NCBI GenBank assembly: GCA_963786935.1
Contig: CAWBAN010000003.1
Coordinates: 32,001-96,000 of the forward strand
Direction: 5' to 3'
Origin: an uncultured bacterium
GTDB lineage: Bacteria > Krumholzibacteriota > Krumholzibacteriia > Krumholzibacteriales > Krumholzibacteriaceae
Length of the DNA stretch: 64,000 nt
Shown: piece by piece, positions 29,410 to 38,031 of the stretch
Numbering within the stretch: the stretch's first letter is position 1
How the letters are laid out: every line of letters starts with the position of its first letter
Translations under genes and position numbers: made by a program
Notes under the pieces: model-generated
Told to the model about the DNA's origin: nothing
Database searches by the model: none
Seen by the model: the letters and a program-made list of their open reading frames with translations, nothing else

Positions 29410-30930
29410 GTGAGGATCAACGAACTCATCAGGCGCAAGAGCCTCGACCGGCTGCGGGAAGACGCCGAGAAATCGGGCGGTCTTTCTCTCAAGCGCTCGC
29501 TCGGGCCGTGGGATCTCACCTCGCTCGGTATCGGCGCCGTCATCGGGGCCGGTATCTTCGCCGTGATCGGCACGGCGGCCGCCGGCGGTGCCTCCGGGAA
29601 CGGCGCCGGGCCCGCGGTGACCCTCTCCTTCGTCATCACGGCGATCGCGTGCGCATTCTGCGCGTTCTGCTACGCCGAGTTCGCCGCGCTCGTCCCTATC
29701 GCCGGAAGCGCCTATACGTATTCGTACGCCACGCTCGGCGAGGCGGCGGCCTGGATCGTTGGCTGGACGCTGATGCTCGAGTACGGCATCGGCAACGTCG
29801 CCGTCGCCATCGGATGGTCCGCGTACTGCGATCAGCTCCTCGAAGGGCTCGGCGTGAACGTGCCGGCGTGGCTCGCCGTCGATTGGCGAACCGCGCATCA
29901 GGCGGCCGGCGCCGCGCTCGCCGCGGGGGGGAGCGTGCCCTCGCACATGGCGAAGGCGCTCGAGGCGTGGAACACCGCCCCGGTGATCGGCGGCGCGCAC
30001 GTCATTTTCAACCTGCTGGCCTTCGCCGTCGTCGCTCTCGTCACGTGGATTCTCGTCATCGGGATCAAGGAGTCGGCGCGGTTCAACAACGCGATGGTCG
30101 CGCTCAAGCTCGTCATTCTCGCCTTCTTCATCGTGGTCGGCGCGACATACGTGAAGCCCGAGAACTGGTCCCCGTTCATGCCGAACGGATTCACCGGCGT
30201 GTGGATCGGGGCGAGCCTGATATTCTTCGCCTTCATCGGATTCGACGCCGTCTCGACCGCCGCCGAGGAGTGCCGCAACCCGAGGCGCGACGTGCCGATC
30301 GGCATCATCGCATCGCTCGGGATCTGCACGGTCATCTACGTGGCGACCGCCGCGGTGCTCACGGGGATCGTGCCGTGGGATACGCTCGGAGTCGCCAATC
30401 CTTTGGCGTCCGCGTTCTCCACGATCGGGCTCGGTTGGGCGGCGGGAATCGTGTCGCTCGGCGCGGTCATATCGATGACGGCGGTGCTGCTCGTCTTTCA
30501 GCTCGGCCAGCCGCGGATATTCTTCGCGATGTCGAGGGACGGGCTCCTCCCGAAATATTTCGCGCGGGTTCACCCGAAGTTCCGCACGCCGCACGTGACG
30601 ACCCTGTGGTCGGGGGTGGCGGTCGGATCGATCGCGGCGGTGACGAACATCAACGAGATGGTGGAGCTCACGAACATCGGCACGCTCTTCGTGTTCGTTC
30701 TCGTATGCGCGGGGGTCGTCATTCTGCGGCGCACCGATCCCGCGGCGCCGCGGTCGTTCCGGACGCCGCTCGTGCCGCTGATACCGCTTCTTGGGATGGC
30801 GATGTGCATCTACCTGATGCTCGGCCTTCCGGCGGCGACGTGGCTCCGCTTCGGGCTCTGGCTCGCAGCGGGGCTCGCCGTCTACTTCGCGTACGGATAC
30901 CGGAACAGCTATCTGAAAAAACGCGGCTGA
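29410..30930 (+). CDS. APC family amino-acid permease
   Basis: GIGAVIGAGIF, CYAEFA, GSAYTY, FFAFIGFD, AMSRDGLLP; GTG start. Confidence 0.93.
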   Translation: MRINELIRRKSLDRLREDAEKSGGLSLKRSLGPWDLTSLGIGAVIGAGIFAVIGTAAAGGASGNGAGPAVTLSFVITAIACAFCAFCYAEFAALVPIAGSAYTYSYATLGEAAAWIVGWTLMLEYGIGNVAVAIGWSAYCDQLLEGLGVNVPAWLAVDWRTAHQAAGAALAAGGSVPSHMAKALEAWNTAPVIGGAHVIFNLLAFAVVALVTWILVIGIKESARFNNAMVALKLVILAFFIVVGATYVKPENWSPFMPNGFTGVWIGASLIFFAFIGFDAVSTAAEECRNPRRDVPIGIIASLGICTVIYVATAAVLTGIVPWDTLGVANPLASAFSTIGLGWAAGIVSLGAVISMTAVLLVFQLGQPRIFFAMSRDGLLPKYFARVHPKFRTPHVTTLWSGVAVGSIAAVTNINEMVELTNIGTLFVFVLVCAGVVILRRTDPAAPRSFRTPLVPLIPLLGMAMCIYLMLGLPAATWLRFGLWLAAGLAVYFAYGYRNSYLKKRG

Positions 30931-30957
30931 TCTCCGGGCCGGAGACGTCGTGAGCCG

Positions 30958-31506
30958 TTAGAACGCGATGCCGATGTTGACGAGCCGGATCGTCGGGAGC
31001 GTCGTCGACACGTCCATATCCTCGAGGTCCCCGCCGAAGTAGCGTATCGCCCCGATGCCGAGGCTCAGGGCCATCCGCTTCGGACGCCCGATCAGCCACG
31101 TGTACCCGATATCGATGCCGAATCCGAATGCGGACCCATCGGTGGAGATCCCTTCTTCCTCTTCTGAAACGCTCGTCATGCCGAACCGGCCGCCGAAGAA
31201 GAATCCCTCGGGCGCGATGCCCGCCGGGTAGTACCGGAAGAACACGCTCCCGCTCGTATATGTTTCGTCGCCGTCGTCGAACGTGACATACGATCCGGCG
31301 AAACCGATGGTGCCGCTCGGCATGATGACGCGCTCATATTCGACGTTCCACCAGAGGAACATATCGAGAATCGGATTCGTCGATATGATGTTCAGCCGAA
31401 CCGGGGACGCCGCGGCGCCTTCATCGGCGGCGAATACGGGGCTCGATGCGGCCGCGGCGAAGAGACAAGCCGCGAGCAGAAACGCCGAAAACAGTGACCG
31501 TCTCAT
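30958..31506 (-). CDS. Small outer-membrane beta-barrel protein (DUF3575-like)
   Basis: Signal peptide, ISTNP, FRYYP, GIDIGYTWL, terminal NIGIAF. Confidence 0.7.
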   Translation of the reverse strand: MRRSLFSAFLLAACLFAAAASSPVFAADEGAAASPVRLNIISTNPILDMFLWWNVEYERVIMPSGTIGFAGSYVTFDDGDETYTSGSVFFRYYPAGIAPEGFFFGGRFGMTSVSEEEEGISTDGSAFGFGIDIGYTWLIGRPKRMALSLGIGAIRYFGGDLEDMDVSTTLPTIRLVNIGIAF

Positions 31507-31667
31507 ATCCTCTCCTCTCGTTTGGATGTGTTCTGTCCTCTCGCTGAAACCTATGTGGAGATGATTCGATAGGAAGCATGAGAATCGAGATGCTGTCAAC
31601 AGCTAAGTGCCGCGGCTCGATCAATCGCCCGGGCGAATCGTCGTTTCAGCCGCGGGGCGTCGGAGTC

Positions 31668-31704
31668 CATAAACGAATAGGCGGGAGGATCGCTCCCGCC
31701 TATC
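31668..31704 (-). terminator. Intrinsic terminator-like hairpin inside a leader region
   Basis: Minus strand ATAGGCGGGAG-CGATC-CTCCCGCCTAT followed by TCGTTTAT. Confidence 0.55.
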
Positions 31705-31820
31705 CGCTCGACGCACATCGATCAATCCGGGAAAGCGACCGCTCTCGATGATTGGGGGTAACCGGCGCATCCCACAACGGGCGCCGGCCGAGCTATGGGC
31801 CGTTCCCTTCTTGCATGAGC

Positions 31821-31849
31821 ATTATATCGAAATCATAACAATTTGTCAA
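31821..31849 (-). promoter_or_regulatory. Consensus sigma70 promoter
   Basis: Exact TTGACA-17 nt-TATAAT on the minus strand. Confidence 0.8.
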
Positions 31850-31923
31850 TATTTCATTCAAAATATGCGGCGACTTATCTCGTTATAAATGAATAGGTTA
31901 ATCGGCCCGTTGCGGCTTTCTTC

Positions 31924-31938
31924 TGGCCCGCTTTATGC
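31924..31938 (+). promoter_or_regulatory. Putative sigma54 -24/-12 promoter
   Basis: TGGCCCGCTTTATGC (GG-N10-GC) about 50 nt before ATG 31990, with AT-rich DNA upstream. Confidence 0.5.
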
Positions 31939-31989
31939 GATGAATTTCCCGGGGGAGTCTCGTTGATTCCCCCATATGGAGGAAGCATT

Positions 31990-33606
31990 ATGAGAAACGT
32001 ATTCATACTGTTGTTAATGGTTCTGTTGGCTCTGGGCGGATGCGGAAGGGACGGCATCGTAATCGATGATCCGGCGCCCCTTCCGGAGCCGCCGGATGCA
32101 TCGGCCGTCGTCGCGAATTGCGCGGCGCTGCAGGCGGCCGTCGAACAGTTCGCCGCCGAGAACGAGGGCGTTTATCCGGACGACGTGGACGCGGATACGT
32201 CGCGGGCGGGGAACACCGTTCTCGATCTTCTCCCCGCGGGCGGCTTCGAGAATCCATTCACCGAAGATAACGAAGCGCCCGTGAACGGCGCCGCGGACAG
32301 CCCGGGCGAAGTGGGGTACGTCCCGGTGGCCGAGGGAGAATGGAACGTCGGCTATGTCGTCACCGGCTTCGGCGCTGACGGGCTCGTCGCCACGCTCTCG
32401 AACCTCGGCTCGTCCGAGGAGGCGAAGGTCATCGCCAACTGCTTCATCGTGAAGCAGACGGCGGAGGCTCAATACGACCCTTATGTCGGGTATCCGTACG
32501 AGCGCGTCTGCCATCCCTGTTATCGGCTCTGGCTGCCGCATCCCCTCGTCGACCCGTACACCGGGCTCGTCTATAAAGCGCTCGTCCCGGGCGCCGCTTC
32601 GTCGAAGGGAGAGATCGGCTACGTCGCCATCGTGAAGGACGGTATCGTGGCAGGCTACGTCGTGACCGGTTACGGGGACGATCGCATCGTGTGCGCCCTT
32701 TCGAACTTCGCGTACTCGCGCGAAGAAGCGCTCGTGGCCGCCGAATGCCGCAGGCTCCAGATTTTCGTGGAGAATTACGCGGACACGCACGAATCGCTCT
32801 ATCCCGAATCGCCCCCGACGCTGCCCGGCGTGACCTACGAGCCGGTCATGATGAACGGGTGGAACATTGGATACCGGATCGCGGGCTCGGCGCAGGGGGC
32901 GGAGTTCCTCGAAATCGAGCCATCTTTAGAAGATGCGAAGGTGCGGATGAACTGCCTTCTCCTGAAGCAGGCGGTCGAGGAGTTCGCCTCGCAGAACGGC
33001 GGAGCGTATCCCGAGAAGCTGGATGCGACGGCGATCCCCGGCGGCCGGAGCGCTCTCGATCTCATGCCGCGGGAGCATCTGCTCGAGAACCCGTTCACCG
33101 GGATGCGCGAAAGCCCGGTGAATCATTCGGCCACGCGCCCCGGCGAGATCGGATACGCGGCGATTCCCGCGTACGATCCCGGTGACGGGAAGATCGTCGG
33201 CCCCGGCTACGTGATCACCGGCTACATAAAGAACAGCCGCATCATGGCGGTCACGAATCTCAGGGTAGACCCTGTCGCCGCGATTGTCATGTCCCACTGC
33301 CGGACGCTGCAGCTCGCCGTCGAGGAGTTCGCCGCGCGAAACGACGGGATCTATCCCTCCGATACAGGCGCCGACTGCACGCCTTATGGAGAAACAGTGA
33401 CCGCTCTATTGCCCGAAGGATGCCTGCTGCCGAATCCGGTGAACTGGTGCAACACTGAGCCCGTCAATGGAGCCGCGGTCAATTGCGGCGAAATCGGCTA
33501 CGTTCCCTATTGCGCGAATGGATACAATCGCGGCTACACAATAACGGGGACGGGTCGGGAGGATAACACGACCGTATTCGTCATATGGAAAGGGGTGCGG
33601 CAATAG
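31990..33606 (+). CDS. Lipoprotein with five tandem pilin/GspG-like globular repeats
   Basis: Lipobox LGGC; repeat consensus AxVxxNCxxLQxAVEEFAxxNxGxYP...ENPFT...GEIGY...GYxITG. Confidence 0.75.
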   Translation: MRNVFILLLMVLLALGGCGRDGIVIDDPAPLPEPPDASAVVANCAALQAAVEQFAAENEGVYPDDVDADTSRAGNTVLDLLPAGGFENPFTEDNEAPVNGAADSPGEVGYVPVAEGEWNVGYVVTGFGADGLVATLSNLGSSEEAKVIANCFIVKQTAEAQYDPYVGYPYERVCHPCYRLWLPHPLVDPYTGLVYKALVPGAASSKGEIGYVAIVKDGIVAGYVVTGYGDDRIVCALSNFAYSREEALVAAECRRLQIFVENYADTHESLYPESPPTLPGVTYEPVMMNGWNIGYRIAGSAQGAEFLEIEPSLEDAKVRMNCLLLKQAVEEFASQNGGAYPEKLDATAIPGGRSALDLMPREHLLENPFTGMRESPVNHSATRPGEIGYAAIPAYDPGDGKIVGPGYVITGYIKNSRIMAVTNLRVDPVAAIVMSHCRTLQLAVEEFAARNDGIYPSDTGADCTPYGETVTALLPEGCLLPNPVNWCNTEPVNGAAVNCGEIGYVPYCANGYNRGYTITGTGREDNTTVFVIWKGVRQ

Positions 33607-33663
33607 CCTCGGGATCGAAAAAACGGTTTACAGGGAGATTCCCGCGCCCATAATGCGAGACGT

Positions 33664-35442
33664 ATGGCTTCATCGAATCGCAAGAAGGCGGCAGGGAAAA
33701 GCTCATCGAGCGCGGGCGCCCGCGCCGGTCTCTTCGGGCGCGCCGCGCTCTTCATTTTCGCCCTCGCGCTCGTCGTGCGGATCGTGTACCTCGTCGAGTT
33801 TTCCAAGAGCCCCACGTTTCATGTGCCGATCATCGATTCGGCGAGCTACGATCAGCATGCGCGGATCCTCGTCGAGCAGGGGACCTTCTCGCCACGGTTC
33901 TTCTGGCAGGGCTTCTTCTATCCGTTCTATCTCGCCGTCGTCTATTTTCTAACGGGCGGCTCGATGCTCTGGGCCCGCCTCGTCCAGATCGCGCTCGGTT
34001 CGCTCCTCTGCGTCCTCGTGTACCGGCTCGGCGCTAAACTCTTCGATACGCGGACGGGGATCGTCGCCGGGGCGATCGCGGCGCTGTACGGCCCGCTCGT
34101 CCACTACGACGCCGAGATCCTCGATGCGGGCTTCTCGGCGCTGTGGGCCGTGGCGCTCGTTCTGCTCGTTTTGAGGGCGCGTGACGCGAAGGGCATTTGG
34201 GCCGCCGCTCTCGTCGGCCTCGTCGGGGGCCTGAGCGTCGTGACGAGAGGGACGTTTCTTCCGTATGTCGCGGCTGCGGCCGTTTGGCTCGTTTTCGTGT
34301 GGCGGGCGCGGCGTGTCCCATCCGCGCGCATCATGGCGCGCGCCGGGCTCGTTCTCGCGGGATTTCTCGTCGTCACGCTGCCGGTCGCGACGCTCTGCCA
34401 TCGGGAGACGGGGGACTTCAATTTTCTCTCGCAGGCGGGGGCGATCAATCTTTACATCGGGAACAATCCCGAGCGCGACAAGACGATCATGATACGTCCC
34501 GGCGCCGAGTGGCGGGAGCTCACGCGCCTGCCCGAGGTGAAGGGCTCCGCGAGCGATTCGGAGGACCGCGCGACGTTCATGCGGCTCTTCCTCGATTACG
34601 TGAAGAGCCGGCCGGGCGATTTCGCGAAGGGGCTCGCGCACAAGACCGTGGAGTTCGTGAGCTCGCGGGAGCTACCGCGAAACGAGGATATGTACGTCGC
34701 GCGGGAATACTCGCGGCTCCTGTCTTTGCTCACCTGGAAGGCGGGCGCCTTCGGATTCCCCTTCGGGCTCCTTCTCCCGCTGGCGCTCGTGGGCATCGTG
34801 AGGCATGCGAGGCGCATCCCGGCGCCCGTCTATGGATTTCTCCTCCTGTACTCGGCGGCGATCGTCGGCGTCTTCGTGTCGGGGCGCTACCGGATCCCCG
34901 TTGCCGCGCTGCTCCCCGTTCCGGCCGCGGCGGGCGCTCTGTATTTCGTCGATCTCGCCCGCGGGCGCGCGTGGCCGCGCGCGGCCTTGATCGTGATCGC
35001 CGTGTGCGCGATCGCGGCGGGGGCGAGCGTCGCCGGTCCCTTCGCGGTCGAGCGATTCAACTACGAAGCGGAAATGCACACGATCGTCGGCTTCGAGCTC
35101 ATGAAGCAGAATCGCGGCCGGGAGGCGCTCGCGGAGCTCTCCGAGGCGCTGCGTCTCGAGCCGGAGAACGTCGACGCTCACAAATATATCGGGCTTCTCA
35201 TGAGCGGCCGGCGCCGGCACGCGGAGGCCGAGGCTCATCTGCGCAAGGCCCTCGAGGGGGATCCCGATTCCTATTTCATCAAGTACTACCTCGGCGGCAC
35301 GCTCCTCAATCTCGGAAAGCGCGACGAGGCGCTCCGCTATCTGAGGGAAGCGCGGGAGGGGGCGGCCGCGGCGCGGGAAGAGCAGCTTCTCAAGGAAATC
35401 GATCGGGCGCTCGGCTCGCTCGTGGAAAAGTCTCCGGGATGA
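33664..35442 (+). CDS. GT-C (ArnT/PMT-like) membrane glycosyltransferase with C-terminal TPRs
   Basis: PIIDSASYDQHA, multiple TM segments, NLYIGNNP, SGRYRIP, TPR-like helices at the C-terminus. Confidence 0.8.
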   Translation: MASSNRKKAAGKSSSSAGARAGLFGRAALFIFALALVVRIVYLVEFSKSPTFHVPIIDSASYDQHARILVEQGTFSPRFFWQGFFYPFYLAVVYFLTGGSMLWARLVQIALGSLLCVLVYRLGAKLFDTRTGIVAGAIAALYGPLVHYDAEILDAGFSALWAVALVLLVLRARDAKGIWAAALVGLVGGLSVVTRGTFLPYVAAAAVWLVFVWRARRVPSARIMARAGLVLAGFLVVTLPVATLCHRETGDFNFLSQAGAINLYIGNNPERDKTIMIRPGAEWRELTRLPEVKGSASDSEDRATFMRLFLDYVKSRPGDFAKGLAHKTVEFVSSRELPRNEDMYVAREYSRLLSLLTWKAGAFGFPFGLLLPLALVGIVRHARRIPAPVYGFLLLYSAAIVGVFVSGRYRIPVAALLPVPAAAGALYFVDLARGRAWPRAALIVIAVCAIAAGASVAGPFAVERFNYEAEMHTIVGFELMKQNRGREALAELSEALRLEPENVDAHKYIGLLMSGRRRHAEAEAHLRKALEGDPDSYFIKYYLGGTLLNLGKRDEALRYLREAREGAAAAREEQLLKEIDRALGSLVEKSPG

Positions 35443-36873
35443 TCAGGCCTCGCGGAACTGCTCCAGGAAGCCGATGAACCGCCGCGCGTCCTCGAAGTTC
35501 GAGGCGAGGCCGAAGGAGATGCGCACGGCGCCCGTGCTCTTGCCGTCGATGCACTGCCTGAACTCGGTGAGCGACATGCGGGAGCCGGTCCGGTCGAGGC
35601 ACCGGGTCATGTCGTCCTTCGAGAGGCCGAGGGCGAGCTCGCCGGCGCCCGGGTTGCAGAGGCAGCCCGTGCGGAGCGAGATGTTCATCCTGTTCGCGCG
35701 GTCCTCGACGGTGAGGTGGTCGATCGAGACGCCCGAGGCGCTGTAGACGTTGAACGTGATCGTCGCCCCGCGCATCGTCGTGTCGGTGGGGCCGTAGACG
35801 CGTACGAGCGGGCGGCCGTTCCCGTGCCCGAGGGAGGTCATTCGCTCGAGGAGCCAGCCGGCGAGGCTCATGACGCGCGAGTGAATCATGTCCACCCCGA
35901 TCGACTCCATGTAATCGAGGCCGCGCTCGACGGCGGGGAGGCAGGCGTAGTTGAGCGTGCCGTCCTCGAAGCCCTCGGCGCCCGCCGCGAGGAAATACTT
36001 GTCCGCCTGAACGGAGGCCACCGTGATCGTCCCGCCGGCGAACCAGGGGCGCCGGAGCTTCTCGAGCGCCTTGCGCCGGACGATGAGCGCGCCGACCCCC
36101 GTCGGGTAGCCGAACATCTTGTAGAACGAAACGGTGACGTAGTCGGGATGCCAGCGGCCGAGGTCGAGCCGGTTCGTCGGGACGAATGCCGCCGCGTCGA
36201 GGAGCACGTCCCAGCCCTTCTCCTGGGCCCTGCCGATCCACTCGAGGGGATGCTGGACTCCCGAGAAATTCGACTGCGCCGGATATGCGAAGAGCCGGTT
36301 ACAGACCTTCGGGCTCTCGTCCAGGTACTTCTCGACCACGCAGTCGAGCAGGCGCATGTCGGGGGGCATGATGGGGGCGTATTTCGTGACGGCGCCGCGG
36401 GCGCGGTCGTATTCGCGCATGCCGTTCACCGAGTTGTGATTGTCGAAACTGAGGAGCAGGATGTCCCCCGGGCAGAAGGGGTAGCCCTCGCCGATGAGCT
36501 TGAGCGCCTGCGAAGCGTTCGCGGTGAACACGGGGATGTACTCCTCGGGGGAGGCGTTGAAGAACGAGAGGATGCGGCGGCGGCACTGCTCGACGTGGTC
36601 GTTGGAGACGGTCGACGACGGGTTCGTCGAGTGCGGATTTCCGAGGATGTTCCCGAGGAGGAACTCGGCGTGATCCCGCACGAGCGAGGCGCCGTAGAGC
36701 CCGCCCCCGGTGTAATCGAGGTACACGTGCCCCTGCGCGTCGAGCCGGGAGAAATCCTTCGCGCGGATCTCGTCGATGGCGGACGTCAGTTCGTAGTCGG
36801 GGTATCGGTCGAGGAATGCACGGTATTCCGCGTCCCGTTGCTCGTTCGTCCGGGCGTTCGATGTCGTTTTCAC
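35443..36873 (-). CDS. Class V aminotransferase resembling the NifS-like domain of molybdenum cofactor sulfurase
   Basis: YLDYTG, GNPHS, DNHNSVNG, YPAQSNFSG, SFYKMFGYPTG (PLP Lys), FEDGT, LRTGCLCNPG. GTG start with RBS GGGAGG. Confidence 0.88.
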   Translation of the reverse strand: MKTTSNARTNEQRDAEYRAFLDRYPDYELTSAIDEIRAKDFSRLDAQGHVYLDYTGGGLYGASLVRDHAEFLLGNILGNPHSTNPSSTVSNDHVEQCRRRILSFFNASPEEYIPVFTANASQALKLIGEGYPFCPGDILLLSFDNHNSVNGMREYDRARGAVTKYAPIMPPDMRLLDCVVEKYLDESPKVCNRLFAYPAQSNFSGVQHPLEWIGRAQEKGWDVLLDAAAFVPTNRLDLGRWHPDYVTVSFYKMFGYPTGVGALIVRRKALEKLRRPWFAGGTITVASVQADKYFLAAGAEGFEDGTLNYACLPAVERGLDYMESIGVDMIHSRVMSLAGWLLERMTSLGHGNGRPLVRVYGPTDTTMRGATITFNVYSASGVSIDHLTVEDRANRMNISLRTGCLCNPGAGELALGLSKDDMTRCLDRTGSRMSLTEFRQCIDGKSTGAVRISFGLASNFEDARRFIGFLEQFREA

Positions 36874-36903
36874 GCGCGATGCCTCCCGTTCCGTCGTGCC
36901 GTG

Positions 36904-36932
36904 AATGTAGCCCATGGCGGGCTCTCTGTCAA
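36904..36932 (-). promoter_or_regulatory. Sigma70 promoter of the desulfurase
   Basis: TTGACA-17 nt-TACATT. Confidence 0.65.
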
Positions 36933-36947
36933 TACGCGAGAAAACGG

Positions 36948-36995
36948 TTGACAATGATTTATTAAATAATTAGAATATTCGCATAATATGATATT
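36948..36995 (+). promoter_or_regulatory. Sigma70 promoter of the tusA-hdr operon with AT-rich candidate ArsR operator
   Basis: TTGACA-17 nt-TAGAAT, overlapped by AT-rich dyads (TTATT-A-AATAA, GAATATTC). Confidence 0.75.
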
Positions 36996-37063
36996 CCGGC
37001 CGTCGGGCGCGCCGCGGAGCGCGCCGGGCCTGAAAACGGCGTACGGAGGCAAGGAGCAGTGCG

Positions 37064-37318
37064 ATGAACGAGGACGAACTGAAGAAACTCACGGCCGACA
37101 AGGTCGTCGACGCGCGCGGGATGGCCTGCCCGGGACCGCTGCTCGAGGCCAAGAAAGCGATCACGAGCCTTCCCGTGGGCGGCATCATGGAGGTCCTCTC
37201 TTCGGACGAGGGGACGAACAACGACATCCCGATGTGGACGAAGAAGATGCAGTACGAACATCTCGGAACGGTGGAGGACGCCGGTTTCTGGAGACTGTTC
37301 GTGAAGAAGACGAAGTAG
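37064..37318 (+). CDS. tusA: TusA-family sulfur carrier
   Basis: DARGMACPGPLL (CPxP), EVLSSDEGT..DIPMW. Confidence 0.92.
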   Translation: MNEDELKKLTADKVVDARGMACPGPLLEAKKAITSLPVGGIMEVLSSDEGTNNDIPMWTKKMQYEHLGTVEDAGFWRLFVKKTK

Positions 37319-37331
37319 GGACGCGGATACG

Positions 37332-37628
37332 ATGAAGAAGGGACTTCCGGAGAGGCGGCGATGCGCCCGGCTCGCCACGCTCTTCAAGACGCTCTCGCAT
37401 CCGCAGCGGCTGTATCTCCTCTGCTGCCTCTGCGACGGAGAGTCGACGGTGGGCGAGCTCGGCGCCGCGTGCGGGGCGCCGCAGCCGGTGATTTCGCAGC
37501 ACCTCACGAGGCTGCGCCTCGAGGGGATCGTCGAATCCCGGCGCGCCGGAAACCACGTGCACTATTCGATCGCGGACCCGCACATCCCGGCCCTGATCCG
37601 GAGCATGGAGAGGATTTCGCATGAGTGA
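37332..37628 (+). CDS. ArsR/SmtB family regulator (BigR/SqrR-like)
   Basis: FKTLSHPQRLYLLCCL, SQHLTRLR, VHYSI. Confidence 0.9.
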   Translation: MKKGLPERRRCARLATLFKTLSHPQRLYLLCCLCDGESTVGELGAACGAPQPVISQHLTRLRLEGIVESRRAGNHVHYSIADPHIPALIRSMERISHE

Positions 37629-38031
37629 ATTCAGCCCGCGCATCCTTGTTTTCTCGACCGAGAACGTCTCCGATCCGGGGATCGACCTCGCCGGGCGGAA
37701 CAAGATGCATTACCCCGCGACGGTTTTCGTCATCACGGTGCCGTGCTCGAGCGGCATCAAGGCGTCGTGGATCGTGCACGCGCTCGAGAACGGCTTCGAC
37801 GGGGTGTTCGTCGCGGCCGACGGGAGCGACTGCGCGTTGGTGAGCGACTGCACGGCGCGCACGGCGCGGACGACGGCCGCGGCGCAGGCGGCGCTCAGGG
37901 AGAAATCGCTCGAGCCCGCGCGGGTCAAGATGGCGGCGCTCTGCTCGGTGTGCGCCGAGTCGTTCCAGAAGCACATGAAGCAGTTCAGCGAGGCGCTCAG
38001 GAAGATGGGCCCGGCGAAGAAGGCGGCGTAG
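37621..38031 (+). CDS. mvhD: MvhD/FlpD-like iron-sulfur subunit with atypical Cys pattern
   Basis: DLAG..KMHYP, VPCSSG, GFDGVFV, EPARV; directly before hdrA-like genes. Confidence 0.8.
   Translation: MSEFSPRILVFSTENVSDPGIDLAGRNKMHYPATVFVITVPCSSGIKASWIVHALENGFDGVFVAADGSDCALVSDCTARTARTTAAAQAALREKSLEPARVKMAALCSVCAESFQKHMKQFSEALRKMGPAKKAA

Noticed and set aside
36874..36954. Longer N-terminus of the desulfurase given in the ORF track
   Set aside because: The upstream starts fall within or beyond the predicted promoter; GTG 36873 has a good RBS.
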